Positions 49,443 to 60,214 of a stretch of DNA of 64,000 bases are shown here, piece after piece (the stretch's first letter is position 1; each line of letters begins with the position of its first letter). Below the pieces are notes generated by a model. The model was not told the DNA's origin, ran no database searches, and saw only the letters and a program-made list of their open reading frames with translations. This DNA is from Curvularia clavata. Taxonomy: Eukaryota. The position numbers and the translations under genes were made by a program. The stretch covers positions 2,170,001-2,234,000 of the forward strand of contig CP089275.1 of the NCBI GenBank assembly GCA_023920165.1. The letters are read 5' to 3'.

Positions 49443-50233
49443 ATGTTTAGGAGAGTCGCAGCAGCTGTGCCTGCCCAAGCCGGACGAGTACTTGCAACCG
49501 CCGCCAGGCCCAGCATCGCGTCGCCCATCCGCACAGCAGCTCCTGCAGTATCGACAATCGGACAGCGACAATACCACGAGAAAGATAAGTCACTCTTCAT
49601 CTGCCTGGCTTGATGGTGCATTTAGTGGCGATATCGGACATGTCGACCTTCGGACATGTCGACCTATCATTGCGCTAATTTCCTCCGAGCCGAAAGTGTA
49701 TGAGAACACTCAGCTAACATGCGCAGCACTGCTCGATCATTACAATAGGCCACGAAATGTCGGCTCAATGTCAAAGACTGACAGCGACGTCGGCACCGGT
49801 CTAGTCGGCGCACCCGCATGTGGCGATGTCATGAAGCTTCAGATCCGAGTCGACCCCAACAACAACACCATCAGCGATGTCAAGTTCAAGACTTTTGGTT
49901 GCGGTAGCGCGATTGCCAGTTCGAGTTATCTGACCGAGCTGGTACGGGGGATGACATTGGAAGATGCGGCGCGGATCAAGAACACAGAGATTGCAAAGGA
50001 GCTTTGCCTGCCACCTGTAAAGCGTGAGTACCTCCTCGATACAGGAATCATGCTCGATTGAACAATACTGACTGGTTGCAGTGCACTGCTCTATGCTTGC
50101 TGAAGATGCCATCAAGTCCGCCATCTCCAACTACTACACCAAGAACCCCAAGGCACGGCAAACAGACCTCGGCGGCAAGTCAGCGCCATTGCCCAAGGTC
50201 GAGGTCGAGACTGTGTCCTCTGCGGCGGCCTAG
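49443..50233 (+). CDS. ISU1: Mitochondrial Fe-S cluster scaffold Isu1/IscU
   Basis: Arg/Ala-rich presequence, YHEK(V)LDHYNRPRNVGS, GLVGAPACGDVMKLQI, FKTFGCGSAIASSS and LPPVKLHCSMLAEDAI. Exons 49443-49584, 49730-50023 and 50081-50233. Confidence 0.95.
49585..49729 (+). other. Putative non-canonical AT-AC intron (U2-type signals) in ISU1
   Basis: Starts ATAAGT, has branch point GCTAAC at 49713-49718 and ends GCAGCAC. Removal gives AAA G|TG CTC GAT CAT = K-V-L-D-H. Confidence 0.8.
49634..49665 (+). repeat. Perfect 16-bp tandem duplication TCGGACATGTCGACCT x2
   Basis: Read directly: 49634-49649 and 49650-49665. Confidence 0.95.
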
Positions 50234-50906
50234 AAAAGATGTTTACTGTAAATTGACACCGAAAGCATGGAGGGGAACGGGTGGGGATGAAGCAGTCTGA
50301 TATTTCCCAGTATCAGTCTTTCGCTACTCGATGTATCGATTGAGACAGGCGTTTGTGCGTTGGAATCGTGGGCTTCCTGTACAGATCGGCTAAAAGAAAT
50401 ACCTAAATCTATTATCGCAATGAATAAAAACACTTGAAATTCGAGATCTCATAGCGGGGCCCAATTGTGCAGAATGTGATTTAAATGGGAGGGGAAAACG
50501 TTGTTTGTAGATGTTATAAACGACGAAGCTACTTGTAGAGGCTTTACGTGCCAGTGCGCAAATCGGCTTGGAATCGCCCTTGTGAGCTGAGTATCACGCC
50601 ATGTAGGTGCTCCAGATAAGATCGTCCATCTGGTCCTGCATATGTGAGAGTGGCGTGCGGACCTATGACACGTGTTTCCAGGCCGCGGACCGAATGACTC
50701 CATGCTCCTTTTGATGAGAATTCTTCTGGGATGTCGAGGTAGTTTTGATCCTCATCTCAAGGCTTACACCCTGTCAGCGAAATGAGCGCGTGTCTGCCAA
50801 TGACGCTGCAGATCCGACTTCAAGTATTCGCGACCTCGGTCCCTTAACTTGTCGACAACCCCAGGTTGCCATCGCTTCATAACAAACTACTGCACATACC
50901 CCAATC

Positions 50907-52092
50907 ATGGCAACGACACAAGAAGAAAGCTCAGGGTCCGCCATACGCTTCAAGCGCCGCAAAACCGCTTACCCGAAGCGTGTCGCTGCTGAAGAAGATG
51001 CATCCACAGTCTCGACCTCACAACCTCCAGATGCCAGCAATGCGCAACACGCGCCGTCGCCAGCAAACGAAGCCAACGACGCTGAAGAGTCGGTTCCCAA
51101 CCTAAAAGAAATACTCCGCAATCGAAAGCGCCCACGAGATCGCCTCAAGGAAAGCGCGCGCAAGACAGACAGTCCACGGACGGAGTTGGTCCACACAGAC
51201 GACACACCACGGGCAGATCAGTACACAGGACGCTTTGTCGCACAAACAGGCCAAGTGGTCGATCGCGACGACAAACAGATGTAAATGGACCCCACACAAC
51301 AGTCGAAAGAACATATGATTGGGACAAGTACAGTCGCTGATGTGCTAGGTCGGAATACGTAGAAGCCCGCATGGCTGAAAAGAACCATCGTCAATACGGC
51401 TGGCCCATACCAACACACCTCCAGGCCGCTGTCGCTGCAATAGCACCCGATCTAAAAAATACTTTCGTCTCGTCGCGAAGCGCGGCGCATGCGCAACCGG
51501 AACCAGAGAACGCTGTGGATAAGGAACATAGCGAGCGATTGGCAGCGGGCCAGGGCAAGCTACAGGAAGTTGATCTTGGGCCTGAAGCTACGGCGCGCAT
51601 AGAACAGGCCTGGAAGCAGCTGGACAAGGGGGAGCCAGAAGTATCAACCACTAAAACGAGAAAAGATAGGTACGGCTATGCGTGGCGCAAGCCGCGGGCG
51701 GGCGGAAAGACAGAGGAAGATCGGAAGCGCGATCAAATGGTTGAGGCAGTTCTTAGTGAGGCGAAACGTACGTCTATCTCTACTTCTTCTTGTTCTCTCG
51801 TACTAACACACACCCAGTCGACTACTTCGATGCGCCTACTCCGTCCAATCCCCCTCCCAATGCAAACGACGCAAATACAAATGCCGACGACGCACTCGTC
51901 GAGCAGTTCCGCACAGAGTACCTTGAATATATGGAGGCAAGGCGCCAACACCAAGCAGCGAGAAAAACAACACCCTCGACGGCGAAAGGTGCGGCGCCCT
52001 CGATCTCAGGTCCGAAAATGGGAGGGAGTAAGAGTGCGAGGGCAAGAATGCATAAGTTGCAACAAGAAGAGATGGCAAAGAAGAAGAGATGA
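50907..52092 (+). CDS. HCA59/C9orf78 (Tls1)-like splicing-associated protein
   Basis: AIRFKRRK, RFVAQTGQVVDRDDKQMSEYVEARM, GKLQEVDLGPEA and GPKMGGSKSARARM. Introns ~51281-51348 and ~51768-51817. Confidence 0.78.
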
Positions 52093-52340
52093 GACTGAGG
52101 AGGTTTTATTTGGAGACCAGTATCTTCGTATGGATGATGGTAGTGTATGGTATCTAGATATTATATACGTGCAAGCAAATAGGAAACGGAAAGATATCAA
52201 AAGCGCCGTGACTCCGGTCTTTCCTCCCCCTTTGTGTATCATGGTGTGGGTCCTCCCAACGGGACCTGATCCCTGGACCAGAAACGCCTCCCCCTCTTCT
52301 TAATATAAGGACATAACAGTATACACAGCCCACGCCACAC

Positions 52341-54550
52341 TTACACCTTTCTACCCCCGCCCGCCACCTTCTTCCCTCCTCCAGCACCACTACCACCACT
52401 AGGTGTAATCTTAATCGGCACCCCGTCCGCCGTAATCAACGTACTACTACTCCCTTGTTTCTGCGCCTGCTTCTGCGCCTCTTCAACGTCTTGCTTGTCA
52501 ATTTTGATTTTGATGCCGTTATTCAGTGTCAGTGTACTTGTCTTCTTCGCCTGCTCGACTTGAGACTGGGGTACTTTGATCATCACGCCCGAGGCGGTCA
52601 TGACTTCTTTCATTGGGCCGTTGGATGCTTGCTGCTTGACCTGTTTTGCTGAGGCTGCGGTGGCACGGGCGTGGGCTGCGGTGCCGGGTTTGAGGGATGA
52701 AGAGGCTTGGGGTTTTTTGGTCGATGCTGCGGCGGTGGACATGTTGACTGCACTTTGGGCTTTGCGTAGTGGCGGCTTGGTGGTGGCATTGGTGGGTGTC
52801 TGCATAGTTTTTGTCGGGGGCATGCTGGGCATGTTGGAGTTTGCGCGTCTTATCATGCCGTTTGGCATCACAGCGCCGCTGGAGATTGCGGTCTCTTTGA
52901 CTAATTTTGCGAGATTCTCTTGTGTCAGGCGTTGAACTTGGGACATTTCGGCTGGGTCGGCGGCGGCTTGCTCAGCGCCCATTTTGGCGGCGCCTTCGAT
53001 CATCTTTTCGAGCTGTTCTGGGCTAGGTAGCCCTTTTATATCGCCGCCACCCTGACCTAGTAGAGTCTTCATGTGGTTTTCGAAGAATTCCTTGCCACCG
53101 GGTATGGGTATGTCTTCAGGGGAGGCCCCATAGGCTACTGTCAGGGCCATCATGATGGAAGTTATCGGGGCAAAGATCTTGACGAATTCATTCCAGTTTC
53201 CGCTTTTGACTTCTGTCTCAATCTGCACTGCTGGTCGGGGAACAGTTCGGATAGTCTTGTTTCCATTGCTCCGGCTACTCTCGCTCCTGGCATCCATGTC
53301 CAGATGGTTCTTCCAAAAGTCTTCGGCAGGAAAACGGTTGTTGCGATTGAAGTACTCGAGCATGTAGTCTTTCTCTCGCCATCGGTTCCTTAGCCAGACC
53401 TCGAACGCGTGTGTGTTCTCGTAAGGTATGTCGGCGAGGCGGAAGCGTCGCCAGTGCATGTTTACCGATTTGGGGGGCCGACCTTCGAAGAAGGAGGAGC
53501 GGAGTGTAAAGATGTCCTGTCCGTATTGGCCTGGTGGTATACCTTCATATGCAATAGTGCAGTCATAAAGCCATTCTGTTGTATCCTTCAGCTCATTAAG
53601 ACAGAACTTTAGGCCTGTGCTACGAGGAAGTAGCTGGTGTTTCATATCCTGCAATCCGTTTTTTTCCGCCCACTTTTTGCTCTTTTCACGCGTAGTCGGA
53701 GACAGGTTAGTTCCTTCAGGAAATATGATGAGCCACATGGGGTCGTCCTTCTTGTTTAGCTTGGCGAGGTGTTTCTTAAAAGTCCTTTCGTCCTGCTCCC
53801 ATTTTCTCGACAAGAAGATGAAGTTGTAAAACTGTGCGCCCCACCCGATAATGGGAATGTTCTTCAATGACTCCTTTAGGATGATATAGATGAAGCCGTG
53901 CATGTTGTTCGTGTAGGCGATCCACCATAGGTACAGCCAGTCAGTGTAGAGTTGATGGTTCGCCATGAGGACCATACGGTCGGCAAAGTTGCATTGCAGA
54001 GAGCCATCTTTGCGCTTGATGAGTTGACCGACCATGGTGGAGTCGCCAGATACACGGACGACAGTTGGGGCCCACCATTGGGTCAAACAGGTGATGAGGA
54101 TGGCGAAGCATTCTTTGGTGTAGGCCATGTAGCCATCATAGAATTGAGGGTCGATGAGCTTCAAGGGCGCACCCAAGAATTGCGAAGCGCTTATGCTGCG
54201 AGCTGTCAGCTACGTTGTACTCCAAGAGTAACAATATACCGGCATGCTTACGCTAATACTCCAGATAAGAAGGTCGAGGCCAATGTGAATGCTCTCTCTG
54301 CCTGCGTCAACTCGCCGTACCGTGGCGGCCCCGCTGGATGTGCCTCAACATTGTCTTTGGAGATTCGCAGGCCAGCACCGAGGTCATCCTTCTTCTTCCT
54401 CTTCACAGATTCCGGAACCGGTCTTCTGGCTGCTGATTGGCCCGCTGGAGCAGCTGTCGAGGGCTTGGTCGCAGGCGGCTTGGGCGCGACTTTGGGCTTC
54501 TTGCCAGCGACTGTCGGCTTCTTCGTGGCTGCTGGCATCTTGGATGGCAT
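52341..54550 (-). CDS. Lysophospholipid acyltransferase (LCLAT1/Cst26-like, PlsC domain plus Acyltransf_C)
   Basis: ANHQLYTDW (HxxxxD), FIFLSRKW, IFPEGT, LLPRSTG and LYDCTIAY. One intron ~54194-54252. Confidence 0.88.
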
Positions 54551-55040
54551 CGAAAACGCGCAAACACTGAATGTTCAAGCGTCAAAACATGAAGCCTCCA
54601 CGCCCAGTAACGGGCTACCCGCGACGTCAGTGCAGGGCCAACGGCTGGAGATCAGGACGGCTTCTCCACTTGGGTCTCGCGATACCCTGGTCTGTGAGCC
54701 GTGGTATGACGTCGACGTGTGGCGCTGTGCCACACAGTCCGTCAAAGCAAGATATCGGACCATCGCTATGCCCGCTTTGTTTGGTTCAGTAGCTTCCTCA
54801 CTAAAACTATGCTGGCTCCACAGTACTAGATATCCCTCTCTCTCGACAGCATCGCCTACGTTTCCTGCCATAGTCATCATTCATATTTGGGTTTAGTGGT
54901 AAGTAACCCTTGACAGCTCCTATCCTTGCGCAGTACTCCAAGTCTATCTTAAGAGACAAGCGAGCAACTTTTATCGTCCATCTGTTATGGTATTAAACTG
55001 ACACGTTCTCATCAGAACCATATTCAACACACCTACCACA

Positions 55041-55656
55041 ATGCCTACCGCCTCAGCAGCATCTGCGCCCGTCCAGCGCACCGCCAACAAGACGAACGCT
55101 TCCAAGAATGTAAAGAAGGCTGGCACAAATGCAACCAAGAAGCCTCAAGTCAACGGTGCAGTCAATGGAGCCGCCAACGGAGCATCGCAACCGCACATGT
55201 CCCCCTACACCATCATGGCCTCTCGAATCGCCAACCGAGTCGCCGAAATGGCCGAAAACATGACCTTTGTCGAACGCGAAAAGTAAGGCCCTTCACACAG
55301 GATTATCTTCCAACTCGTTTCACTGACACAGCGTCTCCAACAGGCCTCAACCCCAGCTCCAAAACGGCTCGTCATCAGGTCAATCCAACTCTGGCCGCAA
55401 GCCTCCTCGGAAACTCGAATTGCGCATCCCCAACAGCGGCGCCTCGCCCACAAACATCACCTTCAGCGCACCGTTCCTTGACAACACGCTATCCAAACTA
55501 CTGTCGCTGCAGAATCGCATGTTGACGGTTAGCAACGACATTGCCGCATGCGAAGATGTGGATGAAAAGACGAAGCAAGAACAGTTTGCTCAGAGTGCCG
55601 AGTTGAGCCGCATTATTGCGTTGATTTGCGCAGAGAAGGCTCGGCAGGGAGCTTGA
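55041..55656 (+). CDS. Hypothetical protein
   Basis: Two exons joined by a GTAAGG..CTGAC..CAG intron at ~55283-55331. ACAATG start context. Confidence 0.6.
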
Positions 55657-56480
55657 TTGTATGTGCTTTTTTGGACCATGTGTGACAACAATCGTTGATT
55701 CACCGCGTATGCATTCTCTTTTTTCTGAATTTGTTTATTAGCTTTGAGTTGTGGGCGTTAGGTGGAGATACATATGGAAAGAAATATTGTCTGTTCAAAC
55801 CCCACAGGGAGCATACAGTCTGTACGAATATAACGAGATGACATATAATAAGAAATATCCAAGATGTACTCTATCCAAAGTCCTAGAGTTGCGACTGTGA
55901 CACCCTCAACCCTATCGCGCACAGCTACAAGCCACACCAAGGACCCTGAATACACAACATCCTCCTCACCACTCCTTTTTTTTCCCCTTTGCAATGGAAA
56001 TGCGTGCCCATTTGCCACATGATACCGCCAGTCCTCGGGCTAGAAACCTGTATCGAGACGATCGACATGCGCCAAGCTGCTTTAGGTCCTTTCATCGGTG
56101 GTAAATCGTACGTCATACCCACATGAACGGCGGGGTCGGTGCTATCCCAACCCCCTGGCCTCGCGAAACAGGTTCAACAAGCTGTCAAAGGTGGCGTTGC
56201 GCCCCCGCGTCTCCGATCGGCAAAGCAAGCAGGGTCTTGGTCTTTCTCTCCGATCTTTTGCTGAAGTTCTGGACCCGTGTGAGAAGATAACTAGCTTTTC
56301 TTACATACGACGACCCTACTACCGGATTCTAAACTTGTACTGCACTCTGCCCGTGTAGGAAGTTAGACATATATTGGAACCTCGTTTTCGTATTACGTTT
56401 TGACGTTTATTGCTCTGCAAGCTCAAAGTTGAGGGAATTGATCCTCAGCAATTCGATCCCTTGTTTTTTACATCCAAAGA

Positions 56481-57415
56481 ATGACGAGCTTCATTTCGAA
56501 CATCATCTGGAACTCTGTCGAGGGTTTCGTGGATGCTGGGAAGAAGACGGCGGGCGAATATGGCGGCAACGCGTTGATCAAAGCAGGAGACATGATCGAG
56601 AATAGTGGTAGGAGTCTGGGAACCGGTAAGTTTAATCTTCTGCTTTTCTCAAAGTCTCATGTAGAATGCTACTTTTGACTTAGCAATGCTAACAGTGTCG
56701 TCAACTAGGCATAGAGAAGAAAGCGACAAGCTATGGCAGCTCCATTACAGGCCAAACTTACAAGCCCTCGGGTAAGGCGCTGCCCTCAACCGCCCGTAAG
56801 CCAGCAATCAAGCGCTCAAATTCAACGCCCGCAAGTACGAAAGGACCAACCAGTGGGTTGCCCTTGGGCGCAAAGAAGTATACCGGAGGCAACCAGGTAC
56901 AAGGCGCGGTTGGCGGAGCCAAAAAGGCAGTCGGAGGCGTCAACAAAACCGTTGGCGGTATCACAGGCAATGCCTCGAAAGTCACCGGAGGTGTCGTAGG
57001 CCGCGCAAACAGCACAGTCGGCACATTATCATCCACCGCCGCAAAAGGTCCGGATAGCGTTGTAGGTGGCGGACGCAAAGCCATCAACGGAGCCACGAAA
57101 TCCATTCCGCCGTTCAAAGGACCCTCTTCAACACCTAGTCTGAACAAGAACCTTCCAAAGCCCTTCCAAGACACCAACGGTGTGCCTAAGCCTGCGTATC
57201 CTACTGAGAAAAAGACGGCTGTGAAACCTGGGCAGCCGAAACCATTTACACCGCCCGTTGAGAGTAAGAAACTTGATCCGAAGAAACCTTATCCGGGTAC
57301 GAATACACTGCCGGGAACAAGTCGTACACCGGTGCAGCAACAGAAGTATAAGCCGTTGCCCAGACTTGGCCCGCAAATTGGCCAGGGACAGACCATGAAG
57401 CATATCGCCATATGA
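56481..57415 (+). CDS. Hypothetical Gly/Lys/Pro-rich protein
   Basis: Exon 1 MTSFISNIIWNSVEGFVDAG.., intron ~56626-56708 (GTAAGT..GCTAAC..TAG), exon 2 open to TGA at 57415. Confidence 0.72.
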
Positions 57416-57983
57416 GTTGAGGAAAGTCCACTTCGTTGTCGTTGTTATGCATACAGGTAATGCATGTGTAAGACTAGGTTCGAATAGGAATGAGCAACCG
57501 TGTATTAGTATGACATGACATTATATCAGTAACGGAACTTTGTTTGTTAGTTATGCGTGTGCTTGATAACACATCAACAGCTATCCCCGAGTTAACAGCG
57601 TCGATAAATTGATAGGCCACGTAACCTTATCCTGCAAGTGCAACTCAAAGGTCATATATCCGTTCAGACGGTGCTCGTCATATGCATGGGTAGCTGGGAT
57701 TCTTTACCTTCGGCCAAACTACGGTGTGCGCGGGGTGACTTCCACTGGGTAACATTGCTCATCACTGTCGATCGTCCCACAAGACCCCACATCCCTTACC
57801 TCAACCAGTAGACCCATGCACCCATCATGGACGGCGTGATGCACCCAAGATGATCTCGGCATTGGATGAAGCTTCCGGGGAGGAAAGCTTAAGTTTCTTA
57901 TAGATTCTCTCTCGTCCCCTAAGCAGTTTGCGCCTTGTATTATTTTCCTTTTGGTCCCTTGCCTTGGATGCGTACGACTCACC

Positions 57984-59612
57984 ATGCAGTTGTTCTCCAC
58001 AAGAAAAGACGACAACAATACGAGTCGTGATGAAGAAAAGACCAACGCAGTAGCCGCGGAGGATGCAGGTGGCTCTACGGACGGGCCAAAGACAGAAGAA
58101 ATCGACCCAATCATTGCGAAGCGTGTGCGACGGAAACTGGATACGCATGTTGTTCCGCTGCTGGGAGCGCTGTATCTTCTTGCTTTTCTCGACAGATCCA
58201 ACATTGGGTAATACACAACAGACCAGCAACTTACTTGAAGGCTTTTACTTATGCAAATACAGCAATGCGCGCATCGCGGGTATGGAAGAGGACCTTCACC
58301 TCAGTAGTCAGGAGTATCAGTGGCTCTTGACAATCTTCTACATCTCCTACATTGTCTTTGGCTTCCTCATCATTATGTGGAAAGCTGTGCCTCCACACTG
58401 CTGGGCTGCAGGATGCGTTTTCATGTGGGGATTGGTCTCGAGTGCGCAAGCTGGAGCCAATTCGTGGGCAGGAATGATGGTGCTGCGCTTTCTTATGGGA
58501 GTTGCAGAAATCGCTTTTGGACCGGGCGTACCGTTTCTGCTGTCATTCTTCTATCTCAGAGATGAGCTCGGTCTGAGATGCGGACTGTTTCTGTCGGCAG
58601 CACCGCTCGCGAATACCTTTTCGGGGGCACTGGCGTACGGCATAACCAGCGGCAATCCTGTGTTCGCAAAGTGGCGGGTACTGTTTCTCGCAGAGGGGCT
58701 TCCGACGATTGCGATGTCTGTTGTAACATGGTTCTTTTTGCCAGATAGCCCCGAGAAGGCGCGATTTCTGACTGAAGAGGAAAAGGCCGTTGCCAAAGCC
58801 CGCGGTGTTGTACAAGCGGGCGCAGGCACTCGTATTGGGAAAATCCAGTGGAAGGAGATGCTGGAGGCATCACTAGACCTGAAATGCTGGGTCCTAGGTG
58901 TAAGTGCAGCAAATGGACTATGCTATTCGGCTTAGTGACAGATTCCTAGGTCATGTATTTTTCCGGCAACGTAGCATTCTCGTCACTGCCGGTATTTTTG
59001 CCCACTATTCTCACTGAGATGGGGTTCTCTCACGTCAACGCACAAGGACTTACAGCTCCGCCCTTCTTCCTTTCTTTCCTTGTTGTCATTGTCACTTGCT
59101 ACATTGCTGACCGCACACAACAGCGTGGCATTATGATTGCTATACTGACGGCAATTGGTGGTGCTGGTTATGTGATTTTGGCCACGACGAAGACTGTGGC
59201 GGCAAGATACTTTGGTGTTTTCCTGGCAGCTGCTGGCATCTTCCCAGCTATTGGCAATATTCTGCCGTGGATCACAAACAACCAAGGAACAGACACTCGG
59301 AGAGGTACTGGCATCATGATTGCCAATCTCATTGGGCAATGCGGACCGGTGCTTGGGACTCGGCTGTATCCGAAATCTGAGGCGCCCCTGTATGTAAAGG
59401 GACAGTCGACGTGTGCAGGATTCATGTTTCTGTTTTGCTTGCTCACTGTCGTGCTGAGGACTCTGCTAGCTCGGGAGAACAAGAAGATGGATCAAAAATA
59501 CGGGACTTTGGCGCAGCAGAAGGCAGCCATGCAGGAAGCTGCACTGCGTGGCGAGGCAGTACATCAGGTCGCGATCGAGAACTACGGGCCCATGTATCGA
59601 TATGTGCTGTAG
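57984..59612 (+). CDS. MFS transporter, anion:cation symporter family (Tna1/Dal5-like)
   Basis: RRKLDTHVVPLL, FLDRSNIGNARIAG, LRFLMGVAE, WRVLFLAEGLPT, FFLPDSPEKARFLTEEEK and NNQGTDTRRGTG. Introns ~58208-58262 and ~58900-58949. Confidence 0.92.
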
Positions 59613-60214
59613 GTAGAGCTGCGAGTGGCAGGCCAAAGATGGTTGCACAGAATTGGGAGTCGCGATGCTTGTGTAATAATCGCTATACGAATGACTCGTG
59701 ATGTATGGGATGACAGCCGACGACACTGAGGATCCAATCAGCTCCAAGGGTGAAGCAGTAGCCCGGCTGCGCCTGCCGTATCCATCCCGGCCCATCCGAA
59801 ACAGGAAAGAGCGCACGCGACGTCTGCTAGTTGTAAGCAGCTGCACCTCCATGGCCAAATTCAAGAAAATGCCATGCGCTGAGAGCGGAAAACTAGATAC
59901 GCATACTGGCCAAGCGACGGGCGCATCCAAGCATGCGTACTGGGCTCGCTGAGCGCAATCGGTTCCCACATGCGAACTGCCAAAAGGTTGGGGCAGCTAG
60001 GCCGACGCCTAGACGCATGCATCCGAGCATTGGCCTCCAATAACGTCACTGGCACATTCTACTTGTACTAGGTATTCATCACGTCGTCGCTTGTCGCTCG
60101 TCTCGTCGCCCGTCGCTCGCCCTCTTCTGTGCCTCCTCCTCCGTACGCCTGCGTGTCTGCATCCTAGTGGCCCGCTGCTGCATATCCGCCCCAGCACTCC
60201 ACTCTAGCTTCGCG

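Noticed and set aside
49234..50061. 275-aa ORF-track model of ISU1 reading through the intron
   Set aside because: It has a non-ATG start and lacks the mitochondrial presequence and YHEK motif, which lie in another frame from ATG 49443.
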